A stretch of DNA of 64,000 bases from positions 32,001 to 96,000 of the forward strand of contig JAXMNT010000022.1 in assembly GCA_034670305.1 (NCBI GenBank). The letters are read 5' to 3'. A program made the translations under genes and the position numbers. Below the pieces are notes generated by a model. That model did no database searches. It had not been told where the DNA came from and saw nothing but the letters and a program-made list of their open reading frames with translations. This DNA is from Deltaproteobacteria bacterium (lineage in GTDB: Bacteria > Myxococcota_A > Polyangia > Polyangiales > Houyiibacteriaceae). Shown piece by piece: positions 9,333-19,142 of the stretch. Every line of letters starts with the position of its first letter. The stretch's first letter is position 1.

Positions 9333-9366
9333 GGCGCAGCGCCGCGTCCCTCAGCTGAAGGAAGCA

Positions 9367-9504
9367 GCCGCTGTCTCCGACTCTGCCGCTGTCTCTGCCG
9401 CTGTCTCTGCCGCTGTCTCTGCCGCTGTCTCTGCCGCTGTCTCTGCCGCTGTCTCTGCCGCTGTCTCTGCCGCTGTCTGCCGCTGTCTCTGCCGCTGCCG
9501 CTGT
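9367..9504. repeat. Simple tandem repeat (GCCGCTGTCTCT)n
   Basis: About 8 copies of a 12-mer (two hexamers) between convergent genes. Confidence 0.95.
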
Positions 9505-9552
9505 GTTGCCTCCGAAGCCGAAGGCGAAGAGCCACGCCAAGCCGGAGGCGCG

Positions 9553-10656
9553 TCAGAACCCGAGCTCGACCCACTCCCCGCGGTCGGCCGGTCCGCGGCA
9601 GGCCCATGCTTTGCGCTCGCTCGGCGAACCGATGAACACCGCGTTGGTCGCGGTGCCTTGTGCGTCTTCCTCGTAGCGGTTGATGCTCAGCAGTCCGTCG
9701 GTCCGGTCCGCGAAGATGGTCTTCAGCGCCGCGACGTCGAGCTTGGAGCCGTCGGCCGGCTTCAGCATCGCGCCGAGGCGCGCGAACCGCTTCTCGCTGC
9801 TCTCGCCGCGCACCTCGCCTTCGAGTTTCTGGTGGCCGTCGAAGATGCAGTGGTTGGTTCGCCAGACCGGTCCCTCGCTGGTCTCCCGCAGGAAGAGCGC
9901 GTTGGGCGACGCCTCGAACTCGATCTGCGAATCGGCGTCCGCGAGCCAGTAGGTGTGCGCCCCCGCATGCGGCGCGTTCTCCACGATCGCGCGCGCGGCG
10001 GCGACGTCGTTCTCCCGGATCGCGCGGTGCAAGATCGAGAGGTAGCCGACCCCGGCCCGCGAGCCGTACGTCTTGACGTTGGTGGTGCCGACGGAGAGGC
10101 CGTGTTCGTTCATGCCGACGAGCGTCAGACACCCCGTGCAGGTCACCGACCAGGTCTTCGGCCCTTCGGTCGGGCTGCGTTTGACCGCGACCACGTACGC
10201 CACGTCCGGAGGGTTGAGATCCCAGGTCTGCCCCGCGTACGCGCGGCCGCCTTCGCCATGGCTGCCGGGCACCAGCACCGACGAGCAGCCCTCGTCGACG
10301 AGCTTCTTCAGGCGCGGACCCTCGGGCGCGGCCAGGAGCACCGCGTCCCGGAAGTCGGTCATGTTGCACGCGGTGTAGAGCCGCAGTGGATCGACCCCGG
10401 CGCCCTCCGCGATGCCGACCTGCTCAGCGTGCCCCTCCGGGTCCCAGGCCTCGTACAGCGCCTGCGCGGCCGTCCCCACCCCGAGCACCTTCTCGCGGTG
10501 GTCGCCGCTTCGGTACCCGCGGTCGTGGAAGTAACCGTCCATCGCTTCGAAGCGCATCTCGACGAAGCTGCGGATGCGCTCCCGGAACGCTTCGCCCTGC
10601 CCGCGACCGAGCGCCGCCGGGCTGCCCGACACTTCCAACCGTTCAAGCTGAATCAT
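9553..10656 (-). CDS. C45 family Ntn-hydrolase (acyl-CoA:6-APA acyltransferase-like)
   Basis: Autocleavage G|CSS; GQTWD; GMNEHGLSVG; RTNH; SSEKR. Confidence 0.85.
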   Translation of the reverse strand: MIQLERLEVSGSPAALGRGQGEAFRERIRSFVEMRFEAMDGYFHDRGYRSGDHREKVLGVGTAAQALYEAWDPEGHAEQVGIAEGAGVDPLRLYTACNMTDFRDAVLLAAPEGPRLKKLVDEGCSSVLVPGSHGEGGRAYAGQTWDLNPPDVAYVVAVKRSPTEGPKTWSVTCTGCLTLVGMNEHGLSVGTTNVKTYGSRAGVGYLSILHRAIRENDVAAARAIVENAPHAGAHTYWLADADSQIEFEASPNALFLRETSEGPVWRTNHCIFDGHQKLEGEVRGESSEKRFARLGAMLKPADGSKLDVAALKTIFADRTDGLLSINRYEEDAQGTATNAVFIGSPSERKAWACRGPADRGEWVELGF

Positions 10657-10683
10657 GCCCGGAACCTACGGCGCGACCGGGGG

Positions 10684-11400
10684 TTAGGCCAGGCCGACGA
10701 AGAGGGTTTGTACGTCGTCGTCGGCGTCGAGGGCTTCGAGGAACGCTTCGACTTCGGCGAGGGCGTCGCCTTCGAGCGTGAGCGGGTTCTTCGCCTTGTG
10801 GATGAGGTTGGCGGCGCTCACCGTCCAGCCCCGCTCCTCGAGCGCGCGGCGCACCGCGTCCAGATCGGTGGCATCGGTGTAGAAGATGGTTCCCGCCGGA
10901 CTGCCGTCGTCGGCTTCGGCCGGTTCGAGGTCCTGGGCGCCGGCTTCGATCGCTTCGGTCTCGGGGTCGACCGCCTCCGGGTGTTCGGCTTCGATGCACC
11001 CGAGCCGGTCGAAGTCCCAGGTGACCGATCCGGACGCGCCGAGCTGCGCGTTGCCTTTGTCGAAGATGACTCGGATGTTGGCCGCGGTGCGGTTGCGGTT
11101 GTCCGTGAGGCATTCGACCACCACCGGCACCTGGTGCGGCGCGTAGCCTTCGTAGGTGACGGTGTCGTAGCGCACGCTGCCGTCCGTCAGCCCCGCGCCC
11201 TTCTTGATCGCGCGCTCGAGCGTCTCGCGGGTCATCGAAGCCTTCTTCGCGGCTTCGATCGCCATCCGCAGACGCGCGTTCATGCTCGGGTCCGCGCCGT
11301 CCCGGGCCGCGATCGCGATCTCCTTGGACAGCTTCGCAAAGATGCGCCCCTTGGCCGCGGCCGAGCTCTCCCGATGCTTCTGTTTCCACTGCGCGCCCAT
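10684..11400 (-). CDS. yebC: YebC/PmpR family protein
   Basis: [39 protein letters not shown]; start reassigned to ATG at 11400. Confidence 0.95.
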   Translation of the reverse strand: MGAQWKQKHRESSAAAKGRIFAKLSKEIAIAARDGADPSMNARLRMAIEAAKKASMTRETLERAIKKGAGLTDGSVRYDTVTYEGYAPHQVPVVVECLTDNRNRTAANIRVIFDKGNAQLGASGSVTWDFDRLGCIEAEHPEAVDPETEAIEAGAQDLEPAEADDGSPAGTIFYTDATDLDAVRRALEERGWTVSAANLIHKAKNPLTLEGDALAEVEAFLEALDADDDVQTLFVGLA

Positions 11401-11735
11401 CCGAAAACCTCCGTGCCTCCAGATACCACGGACCCAGCTGCGAGCACGTGCAGGGCCGCCAGGGTCGCGGAAGGTGAGGGCGGCGGCACCCGCACGTGCA
11501 GGCGCCCAGGAGAGGAAGGCCGAAGGCAGGAGGAGGAACCCTTCCCGCTCAGACTCCGGGGCGCGACGTCCCACAGCGCAGCAGCAGCAGTGCGCGGCCC
11601 GCGACTGACGCGGACCTCGCACCCACGTTTGGCGGCTGAGCCGCCGCCGAGCCAGAGCCCTTCCGCCAGTGGGCGTTCCCAAAATCCGAAGGATTGAAGG
11701 GAGCCGACTTTCCGAAGGAAGAGGCTGCGGGCTGT
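11401..11735. repeat. Intergenic REP-like element with GAA mini-hairpins (member of a dispersed family)
   Basis: Shares GCGAGCACGTGCAGG and CTGGCGGCCCT with 43727-43801; hairpins GCC-GAA-GGC, AATCC-GAA-GGATT and TTCC-GAA-GGAA. Confidence 0.55.
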
Positions 11736-11737
11736 TG

Positions 11738-11865
11738 CTGATTCTGATTCTGATTCTGGCTCTGCCTCTGCCTCTGATTCTGGTTCTGATTCTGATTCTG
11801 GTTCTGGTTCTGATTCTGGTTCTGGCTCTGCCTCTGATTCTGCCTCTGACACTGTCTCAGTCTCT
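11738..11865. repeat. Degenerate hexamer repeat (GATTCT/GGTTCT/GCCTCT)n
   Basis: Period-6 tract between divergent genes. Confidence 0.95.
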
Positions 11866-11907
11866 GCCCACCCAAGCCGCGCCGGGGTCGTGTGGCACAC
11901 TGCGGCT

Positions 11908-12693
11908 ATGGAAATCGAAGCTGCGGGCAAGAGCGACGTCGGGAAGGTTCGCTCGTCCAATGAAGACGCCTACCTGATCGACCTGAAGCTCGGCCTCTTC
12001 GCGGTGGCCGATGGCATGGGCGGACACAACGCGGGCGAGGTCGCGTCGCGGCTGGCGCTCGACACCCTCCAAGCGAAGGTGGCCGCTGCGTCTGCCGAGA
12101 CCCCACTCGCCGAGTGTGTGTCCGAAGCGATCGTCGCCGCGTCCCACGCGGTGGCATCGGCGGCGGCGGCCGACGAAGGCCGACAAGGCATGGGCACCAC
12201 GCTGACCGCGCTGCTCATCCGCGACGGAAAGGCCGTGGTGGGCCACGTGGGCGACTCGCGGCTCTACCAGGTGCGCTGGGGTGAGATCGAAAAGCTGACC
12301 GAAGACCACACCGCGGTCGCGGAGATGGTGCGGCTCGGCGCGATGGACGAAGAAGATGCCAAGGGACACCCGTGGGCGAGCATCCTGTCGCGGGTGGTCG
12401 GCAAGGGCGACGTCGAGGTGCAGACCGCAGCGATCGAGCTGGAGCCGGGCGACCGTTTTCTGATCTGCTCCGATGGCTTCAGCGACTCGCTCACCGACCC
12501 GGCCTGGGTCAGCTCCGTCGTCCAGCAGGCACCGCGCGAATCCGCCGAAGAACTGGTCTCCCGGGCGATCGAACTCGACGGCAGCGACAACGCGACCGCG
12601 CTCGTGATCGCGGTCGGTTCGAACGAGGTGCGGAAGGAGCGCCGCTCGCTCTGGAAACGCTTCCGCGAAGCGGTCTCCGGCAGCTCTTCTTGA
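11908..12693 (+). CDS. PP2C-family (PrpC/Stp1-like) Ser/Thr phosphatase
   Basis: NEDA, VADGMGG, HVGDSR, CSDG, DNAT. Confidence 0.95.
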   Translation: MEIEAAGKSDVGKVRSSNEDAYLIDLKLGLFAVADGMGGHNAGEVASRLALDTLQAKVAAASAETPLAECVSEAIVAASHAVASAAAADEGRQGMGTTLTALLIRDGKAVVGHVGDSRLYQVRWGEIEKLTEDHTAVAEMVRLGAMDEEDAKGHPWASILSRVVGKGDVEVQTAAIELEPGDRFLICSDGFSDSLTDPAWVSSVVQQAPRESAEELVSRAIELDGSDNATALVIAVGSNEVRKERRSLWKRFREAVSGSSS

Positions 12694-12720
12694 GTCACAC
12701 CACGGGCCTGGCGGCCCACC

Positions 12721-12743
12721 GCAACGGCGGCATCCGCCGTTGC
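12721..12743. terminator. Perfect hairpin between convergent genes
   Basis: gcaacggcgg-cat-ccgccgttgc. Confidence 0.65.
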
Positions 12744-12744
12744 G

Positions 12745-13047
12745 TCAGTCCTTGGCCTTCTTCGCGGTCTTCTTCGCGGGCTTGGATTCGGACTTCGTCG
12801 ACGAGGCGCTGTCGGAGCTCGACTCGGTCTTCGGGAGCTTCTTCTTCTTGCCGCCCTTGTTGGACGGGCCGCTGTAGAGGTCCGACTCCCAGCCACCGCC
12901 CTTGAGGATGAAGCTGCTGCCCGAAATCATGCGGCGCGCCTTGAGCTTGCCGCACTTCTTGCACTTCTTGATCGGGTCTTCCGTGATGCGCTGCTCGACG
13001 GAGAACTCCTTGTTGCAGGCATCGCACTTGTAGTCGTAAGTCGGCAT
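12745..13047 (-). CDS. FmdB family zinc-ribbon protein
   Basis: MPTYDYKCDAC..CKKCG..FILKGGGW with a Lys/Ser-rich tail. Confidence 0.9.
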   Translation of the reverse strand: MPTYDYKCDACNKEFSVEQRITEDPIKKCKKCGKLKARRMISGSSFILKGGGWESDLYSGPSNKGGKKKKLPKTESSSDSASSTKSESKPAKKTAKKAKD

Positions 13048-13119
13048 CGGCGGATCTGTTAACCCACCGCCGAGGCAGGTCAAGCGGCGGGCCCTCGCAG
13101 CGGTCGGCGGGCCTCATGG

Positions 13120-13319
13120 CGTCGCCGGCTTCGGGCTCGGCTTCGGCGTCGAGCTCGGCGTCGGGTCCGGCTTCGGCATCGGCGTCGGCTTCGGCTTCGG
13201 CTTCGGCGTCGGCTTCGGCTTCGGCGTCGGCTTCGGGTTCGGGTTCGGGGGTCGACTTCGGCTTCGGCTTCGGCGTCTTGCTTTCGGAGTCGGGCACGGG
13301 CACGGGCACGGGCACGGGG
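13120..13319. repeat. Hexamer tract (GGCTTC/GGCGTC)n ending in (GGGCAC)n
   Basis: Period-6 tract just downstream of the uvrD stop. Confidence 0.95.
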
Positions 13320-13339
13320 CGGCCCGGCTCAGGCCGGGC

Positions 13340-15664
13340 CTAGGCCGGCTGCAGGAACCGTAGGGCCAGTCGCTTCTTCTCTCCGCTTTGGAAGATGACT
13401 TCGACCTTGGGAGTCATGCCCATGGTGTCGACGGAGAGGACTTTGCCGATGCCGAACTTCTTGTGGCGGACGCGCATGCCGCGCACGACGCCCGCGCCGA
13501 CTTCGCCGTAGTCGACGTAGCTCTCGCCGGACTCGACGACCGGGGAGGTGGGTGCGACCACGTCGTCCCAGGGATCGGACGCGATGGGTGCGCGCCCTCC
13601 GTAGCCGGCGCCGCTCCGGCCGCGCGTCGGTGCGGTGCCGCGGGGGGCGATGCCGATCCACTCGACGTCTTCGCGCGGCATCTCTTCGAGAAAGCGCGAT
13701 GGGTTGCCCGGGCGCACTTGGCCGTAGAGGCGGCGGATCTGGGCGTAGCTCAAGATCAGTTGTTTGCGGGCGCGGGTGAACGCGACGTAGGCGAGACGCC
13801 GCTCTTCTTCGAGCTCATCCGGGTCCTGTCCGTACTCGGTGCCGCGCATCGGGAAGGTGCCTTCTTCGAGGCCGGTCACCATGACGGTGTCGAACTCGAG
13901 GCCCTTGGCGGCGTGCACCGTCATCAACGTGACCTTCTCGCGCGCGTCGTCTTCGTCGGCGCTGGTCGCGAGGGTCACTTCTTCCAGGTAGTCCGAGACG
14001 CTCGGGTCGCCTTCTTGTTCGCCCGCCCGGTCGCGCAGGAATTCTTCCATCGAACCGACGAGCTCTTCGAGGTTCTGGATGCGCGCGTCGGACTCGGGGT
14101 TGTTGTCGAGTTTGAGCTTCGCGACGATGCCGGTCGCTTCGAGGATCTCGCCGGCCAACTCGTTGAGCACCAGCTCCGGCACCTTGGCGCGCAGCCGCTC
14201 GATCAGTTCCCGGAACCCGCGCAGCTTCTTCTTCGCGCCGGCGTTGAGCCGCGCGTGGTCGTCGGCTTGCTCGATCGCCTGCCAGACGCCGGTGCCGTGC
14301 AGGCTCGCGTGGTTCAAGAGCCGCTCGGCGGTGGTCTTGCCGATGCCGCGCGCGGGCACGTTCAAGATCCGGAGCACGCTCACGTCGTCCTCGGGGTTCA
14401 CGAGCACCCGCAGGTAGGCGAGCAGGTCTTTGACTTCCGCGCGGTCGTAGAAGCGCACGCCGCCGACCACGCGGTAGGGCACGTTGCGCTGGCGGAGCGC
14501 TTCTTCGAGCACGCGTGACTGGGCGTGGGTTCGGTAGAACACCGCGACCTCGTCGAGCGAGTCGCCTTTGCCGCTCAACTCCTCGATGCCGCGCACCACC
14601 ATGCGCGCTTCGTCGCGTTCGTCTTCGGTGCGGACCACGAACACCGGCTCGCCGAGCTCGTTGTCGGTCCACATCTCTTTCGGCTCGCGATCGACGTTGC
14701 GGGCGATGACCGCGTGGGCCACCCGCAGGATGCGCTGGGAGCTGCGGTAGTTCTGCTCGAGCTTGATGACCACGGCCTGCGGGTAGGCCTGCTTGAAGTC
14801 GAGGATGTTGCGCCGGTCGGCGCCGCGCCATCCGTAGATCGACTGGTCGTCGTCGCCCACCACGACCAGGTTGCCGTGGCCGCTGGCGAACGCGCGCACG
14901 AGCCGAAGCTGCGCGTGGTTCGTGTCTTGGAACTCGTCGACGAGCACATGCAGGAAGCGGCCGGCGAGCTCTTCGCGGAGCTTGGTGTTCTCTTCGAGGC
15001 CGAGCGCCATCCGGTAGATGAGATCGCCGAAGTCGAGCGCGTTCGCGCGCCGCATGTGTTTCTCGTAGGTGCCGTAGAGCCGGCGGATGACCTCGTGGAA
15101 GGGGTCGCCTTCGGTGACGTAGTCGTCGGGGCCGACCATCTCCTGTTTGGCGTGGTTGATCGCGCCCTGGATCGCTTTGGCCGCGATGCGCTTCGGGTTC
15201 ACGTTCAACTCGGTCATCACGCGCTTGATCATCGCGCGCTGATCCTGGTCGTCGTAGATCGAGAACCCGCGGTCGAGGCCGAGGTCGTTCGCGTGTTTGC
15301 GAAGGAGCCGCGCGCAGGTGGAGTGGAAGGTGCCGACCTGCAGGCTCTTGATGCCGCCGCGGGTGGAGACCTTGTGGCCGACCAGGACCTCGAGCCGCTC
15401 GCGCATCTCGGCGGCGGCTTTGTTGGTGAAGGTCACCGCCAAGATGCGGTAGGGGGAGACGCCGCGCTCGGCGATGAGGTGGGCGATCCGGTGGGTGATG
15501 ACCCGGGTCTTGCCGCTGCCCGCGCCCGCGAACACGACCAGTGGGCCGTCGCCATGAAGCACGGCTTCGCGCTGGGGATCGTTGAGCCCCTCGAGATCGA
15601 TCGTCTCGGTCTTGGCCGGCTGGTCGAAGAGGCCGCGCTGGAGGCTGTCTCGAAGGTCACTCAT
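13340..15664 (-). CDS. uvrD: UvrD/PcrA superfamily 1 DNA helicase
   Basis: AGAGSGKT, TFTNKAA, VDEFQD, GDDDQSIY, QNYRS, HAAKGLEF, EERRLAYVAFTRA; C-terminal VRHKKFG Tudor-like domain. Confidence 0.97.
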   Translation of the reverse strand: MSDLRDSLQRGLFDQPAKTETIDLEGLNDPQREAVLHGDGPLVVFAGAGSGKTRVITHRIAHLIAERGVSPYRILAVTFTNKAAAEMRERLEVLVGHKVSTRGGIKSLQVGTFHSTCARLLRKHANDLGLDRGFSIYDDQDQRAMIKRVMTELNVNPKRIAAKAIQGAINHAKQEMVGPDDYVTEGDPFHEVIRRLYGTYEKHMRRANALDFGDLIYRMALGLEENTKLREELAGRFLHVLVDEFQDTNHAQLRLVRAFASGHGNLVVVGDDDQSIYGWRGADRRNILDFKQAYPQAVVIKLEQNYRSSQRILRVAHAVIARNVDREPKEMWTDNELGEPVFVVRTEDERDEARMVVRGIEELSGKGDSLDEVAVFYRTHAQSRVLEEALRQRNVPYRVVGGVRFYDRAEVKDLLAYLRVLVNPEDDVSVLRILNVPARGIGKTTAERLLNHASLHGTGVWQAIEQADDHARLNAGAKKKLRGFRELIERLRAKVPELVLNELAGEILEATGIVAKLKLDNNPESDARIQNLEELVGSMEEFLRDRAGEQEGDPSVSDYLEEVTLATSADEDDAREKVTLMTVHAAKGLEFDTVMVTGLEEGTFPMRGTEYGQDPDELEEERRLAYVAFTRARKQLILSYAQIRRLYGQVRPGNPSRFLEEMPREDVEWIGIAPRGTAPTRGRSGAGYGGRAPIASDPWDDVVAPTSPVVESGESYVDYGEVGAGVVRGMRVRHKKFGIGKVLSVDTMGMTPKVEVIFQSGEKKRLALRFLQPA

Positions 15665-15832
15665 GTTCAGGGTTGGCCGTGCCCGACCATGTCCAGGCGT
15701 TCAGGTAGCACAAACCCAGGGCCCGTCGCGACCCGAGCGTTTGTTGTCCGAGGGACACTTTGACGGCCTTCGGCGCCCTCGACCGCACGTGGGCTCACCA
15801 CGCCTTTCAAAAACTGCCCCAAACCCGGCCAC

Positions 15833-16630
15833 GTGTTAGAACGCTCGGCAAGACCCGTGTCGTCGCAACCCCAGCCAGAACCCGCGGACGAAGCCCCGCC
15901 CGAAGAGGACGCGGAGGGGACGGAAGACGCCGTCGACGAGGATCCGACCGCAGACGCGAAGTCGGTGAATCGATTCGGCAAAGCCGCGTCCAAACGATCA
16001 GCGGCCAGCGCGGAAGAGCGTGAGCGGGACAAGATCCTCGTCCGAGAAGTACAGGCGGGCGATCAGGTGGCGTTTCGGGCGTTGTTCGACCGGTACCACC
16101 GGCGGGCGTTCGCGGTGGCCTTCGGAGTCGTGAAGAACAAACAGGATGCGCTGGACGTCGTTCAAGACGCGTTCATCAAAGTCCACAAGCACATCGGCAA
16201 CTTTCAAGGCACTTCCAGCTTCTACACCTGGCTCTACCGTATCGTCATGAACCTCTCCATCGACCATGTTCGCCGTACCAAGAAGGGCCGAGACGTCGAC
16301 TACGACGATCGGATCCGACGGGACACGGAAGAACTGGCGGGCGATGGGTCGCTTTCGCCGACATTGCTCGGGTCCAACCCGCGCAAGACCGTGCTCCGCA
16401 AGGAGCTGGCCGAGGCCATCCAGAAGGCACTCGACGAACTTCCGGCCTACCACCGGGCGGTCATCATGCTCCGTGAGGTCGAGGGGCTGAGCTACGAGGA
16501 GATGGCCCGCGTGCTCGAAGTGCCGAAGGGCACCATCATGAGCCGGCTGTTTCACGCGCGCAGGAAGATGCAGGAGTCCCTCGAGGGCTACATCCAAGGA
16601 GAGCTCGAGATCCGGGGCGAAGAGCAATGA
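15833..16630 (+). CDS. ECF (RpoE-like) sigma-70 factor; start uncertain
   Basis: DALDVVQDAF, FYTWLYRIVMN, EGLSYEEMA..KGTIMSRLFHAR. Confidence 0.93.
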   Translation: MLERSARPVSSQPQPEPADEAPPEEDAEGTEDAVDEDPTADAKSVNRFGKAASKRSAASAEERERDKILVREVQAGDQVAFRALFDRYHRRAFAVAFGVVKNKQDALDVVQDAFIKVHKHIGNFQGTSSFYTWLYRIVMNLSIDHVRRTKKGRDVDYDDRIRRDTEELAGDGSLSPTLLGSNPRKTVLRKELAEAIQKALDELPAYHRAVIMLREVEGLSYEEMARVLEVPKGTIMSRLFHARRKMQESLEGYIQGELEIRGEEQ

Positions 16631-17199
16631 CCACCGAGACCGAAGAACATCTGCCCGACGACACGTTGCAACGCTTCTTCGATGGCGAGGCCACCGAGGG
16701 CGAAGCCAACGATCTGCAGGCACAGCTCGAGACCGAACTCGAATTGGCCCGTCTCGAGCGTCTCGAGCGGCTCGGTGGGTTGCTGCGCGACCACGCCGAC
16801 ACGCTCGGTGCGGACATCGATTCGAACGCGCTCTTCGACGGGATCCAGGCGGGCATCGACAAGGCCAAGTCCGAAGGCCCCCGCCTCCGCCTGATCCAGG
16901 GCCAGCGCCGTCAGCGCGCCGGGGTGGCCGTAGCCCTCGCGGTTGCGATCGCCGCGGCCGTCGCCCTCGTCTTCTACTTGAAGCCGCCGGCCGACGACAA
17001 CCTCGCCGAAGCGCATCCCTTCGACACCACGCAGGAAGTCATCGTGCACGACCTGCACCCGGTCGAAGTGCATCCGCCCGGTGGTTCCGAGGTCGAAGAC
17101 GTCGATTTCGGTGGCAACACGGGCACCATCTTTCAGGTGCCAGGTGAACACGGGCAGCCGCTGGCCGTCGTATGGATCGACGAAGAGGCCCACCCATGA
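16627..17199 (+). CDS. Membrane-anchored anti-sigma factor
   Basis: ATGA overlap with the sigma gene; LQRFFDGE N-domain, one TM helix, C-terminal VVWI. Confidence 0.8.
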   Translation: MTTETEEHLPDDTLQRFFDGEATEGEANDLQAQLETELELARLERLERLGGLLRDHADTLGADIDSNALFDGIQAGIDKAKSEGPRLRLIQGQRRQRAGVAVALAVAIAAAVALVFYLKPPADDNLAEAHPFDTTQEVIVHDLHPVEVHPPGGSEVEDVDFGGNTGTIFQVPGEHGQPLAVVWIDEEAHP

Positions 17200-17669
17200 T
17201 GAACCGCACCCACTCCCTTCTGCTCGCTGGCCTGGCCATCCTCTGTGGCGCCATCGCGCCTTCGGCGGGGCAGGCACAGCCGGGCACCATCCGCGGGGAA
17301 GTCCTCGTCGTGCTCGCCAAAGAGGCGCCGGGCGAGATCGACCCCGCGCTCGCGGACCTGAGCGCGCTGCGTCAGCCGCCATTCAACGCGTTCCGCTCCC
17401 TGTCCATCCTGGAGCGGCAGGCGGTGCGCCTCCGCCAGAACACCCCGCAGGACATCAACCTGCCGAACGGCCGCGTGCTTCGACTCGAGCTGCAGCGGGT
17501 GATGCCCGACGGGCGCCTTCGGGTGCGGGTCTCGATCAAACGGGAAGGCGAAGACGCCTACCTCCCGCTCCTGCAGGTCGTGACCGCGCCGGGCGATCCG
17601 TTCTTCGTGGCGGGCCAGTCTCACCAGGGCGGCACGCTGGTCATCGGCGTCCGACTCGGCTCCGCCTGA
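17196..17669 (+). CDS. Secreted/periplasmic hypothetical protein of the ECF operon
   Basis: ATGA overlap; signal peptide; IDPAL..LPNG..FFVAGQ. Confidence 0.75.
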   Translation: MMNRTHSLLLAGLAILCGAIAPSAGQAQPGTIRGEVLVVLAKEAPGEIDPALADLSALRQPPFNAFRSLSILERQAVRLRQNTPQDINLPNGRVLRLELQRVMPDGRLRVRVSIKREGEDAYLPLLQVVTAPGDPFFVAGQSHQGGTLVIGVRLGSA

Positions 17670-17827
17670 CGGCTCGTTCACCCGAGGCGGTCGGACTGGA
17701 CCGTCGGGCCGGGCAGGGCGTACCGTCTCGGCATGTCGAGACGGCTGACCGAAATGCTGTTCGAAAGGCTGTGCGGGCGGCTTGAAACGCCGTGGGCGCG
17801 TGCGTCCGCTGGCGAACGGCTGGCCGG

Positions 17828-19027
17828 ATGAGCCAGGAACGGTTCATTCGATGTCCGCACTGCCGGTTGCCGCACGAGGCGACCGAATCGGTCTGTCCGA
17901 TGACCGGCAAGGCGATCGAGCTGCAGCCTCGCAAGAAGGACCCTGCCCCCCCGCCGAGCGACCGTCCGCGCTGGACGACGCCGGTGCCGGATCCGATGAC
18001 GCCGGTGGAGATGGAAGCGAGTCCGAGCGTCACCCGGATGTTCGGGCTCACCATCGACGGCAAGTACCGCCTCGACGAGCTCATCGGCCGAGGCGGCATG
18101 GGCGTCGTCTACAAGGGAGAACACGTCGGGCTCGGCCGCGAGGTCGCGGTGAAGGTCCTGCTTCGGGGCCACGAAGCCGGCAGCGCCGCCAAGAAACGGT
18201 TTCAGCGCGAAGCCCGCGCGGCCGGCACCATCGGCCACCCCAACATCGTTCAGGTCTTCGACCTCGGCACCCTGCCCGATGGGGTGCCCTACATCGTGAT
18301 GGAGTTGCTCGAGGGGGAGAACCTGGCCGATCGGCTCTCCATTCGAGGCGCGCTCGATCTCACCAAGTCCTGCCACATCGTGGCGCAGGCCCTGGCGGGA
18401 CTCGGCGCGGTGCACGAGTCGAACATCATCCACCGCGATCTGAAGCCGGACAACATCTTCCTCACGCCCGGCGGCGTGAAGCTCGTGGACTTCGGGATCT
18501 CGAAGACCATCGACGAGAACACCATGTCGCTCACCCGGACCGGGGTGGTGGTCGGCACGCCCTACTACCTCGCGCCCGAGCAGGCGCGCGGCCAGCGCGA
18601 CATCGACCACCGGGTCGATCTCTGGTCGGCCGGGGTGGTGCTCTACGAGTGCCTGACCGGGATGCTCCCGTTCCACGCGGGCAACTACAACGCGTTGCTC
18701 GCCAAGATCCTCTCGGTGCGGCCGGAGCCTCCGAGCAGCCTGCGGCCGGCGATCGGCGAGGGGCTCGACCGGGTGGTCATGAAGGCCCTCGCGTTCGCGC
18801 CGGAGGACCGGTACCAGAGCGCGCTCGAGATGAAGGAGGCGGTCGAGAAGGCCGCCCTCTCTCCACGCGGCGCCGGCGAGAGCCAAGTCGTCTCCGACGT
18901 GCTCGCCGAAGCCCGCAAACAAGGCCGCCTCGACGCCTCGACGGTGTCGCTCAAAGGCAAGCCGCCCGACGACCCGACCGAGGTCAGCGACTCCTTCATC
19001 CTCTCCGACCTCAAACCCGACGACTGA
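17828..19027 (+). CDS. Ser/Thr protein kinase with N-terminal Cys/His zinc-ribbon
   Basis: CPHCRLPH..CPMTG; GRGGMG, VAVK, HRDLKPDN, DFG, GTPYYLAPE. Confidence 0.95.
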   Translation: MSQERFIRCPHCRLPHEATESVCPMTGKAIELQPRKKDPAPPPSDRPRWTTPVPDPMTPVEMEASPSVTRMFGLTIDGKYRLDELIGRGGMGVVYKGEHVGLGREVAVKVLLRGHEAGSAAKKRFQREARAAGTIGHPNIVQVFDLGTLPDGVPYIVMELLEGENLADRLSIRGALDLTKSCHIVAQALAGLGAVHESNIIHRDLKPDNIFLTPGGVKLVDFGISKTIDENTMSLTRTGVVVGTPYYLAPEQARGQRDIDHRVDLWSAGVVLYECLTGMLPFHAGNYNALLAKILSVRPEPPSSLRPAIGEGLDRVVMKALAFAPEDRYQSALEMKEAVEKAALSPRGAGESQVVSDVLAEARKQGRLDASTVSLKGKPPDDPTEVSDSFILSDLKPDD

Positions 19028-19095
19028 CGGGTGGGCCGGTGGGCAGACCGATTGGTGGCTGGTCGGGGTTCGTGACGCTTCGCCGAACGCGATCG

Positions 19096-19125
19096 GCCGC
19101 CGCCGAAATCGATCTCGGCGGCGGC
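19096..19125. terminator. Hairpin between convergent genes
   Basis: gccgccgccga-aatcgatc-tcggcggcggc. Confidence 0.6.
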
Positions 19126-19142
19126 GGACGTTCAGGGGTCTG

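Noticed and set aside
9357-9369. GAAGGAAGCAGCC, resembling the SRP RNA domain IV motif
   Set aside because: The upstream CAGG and the GNRA-closed stem are absent, and the sequence runs directly into a simple repeat.
9367-9504. Tandem repeats as a possible CRISPR array (also the other tracts)
   Set aside because: Contiguous 6/12-mers with no unique spacers, and no cas genes in the window.
9553-10656. C45 enzyme as evidence of a beta-lactam biosynthetic cluster
   Set aside because: No NRPS, IPNS or other biosynthetic genes are nearby, and the family is widespread outside such clusters.
11280-11977. Short low-complexity ORFs across repeat tracts (QN, IL, AS, KP, DSGR repeats; also 9163-9540, 12695-13315, 46358-46891, 55983-56270)
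   Set aside because: Stop-free by-products of hexamer repeats. They overlap real genes and have no convincing RBS or start.
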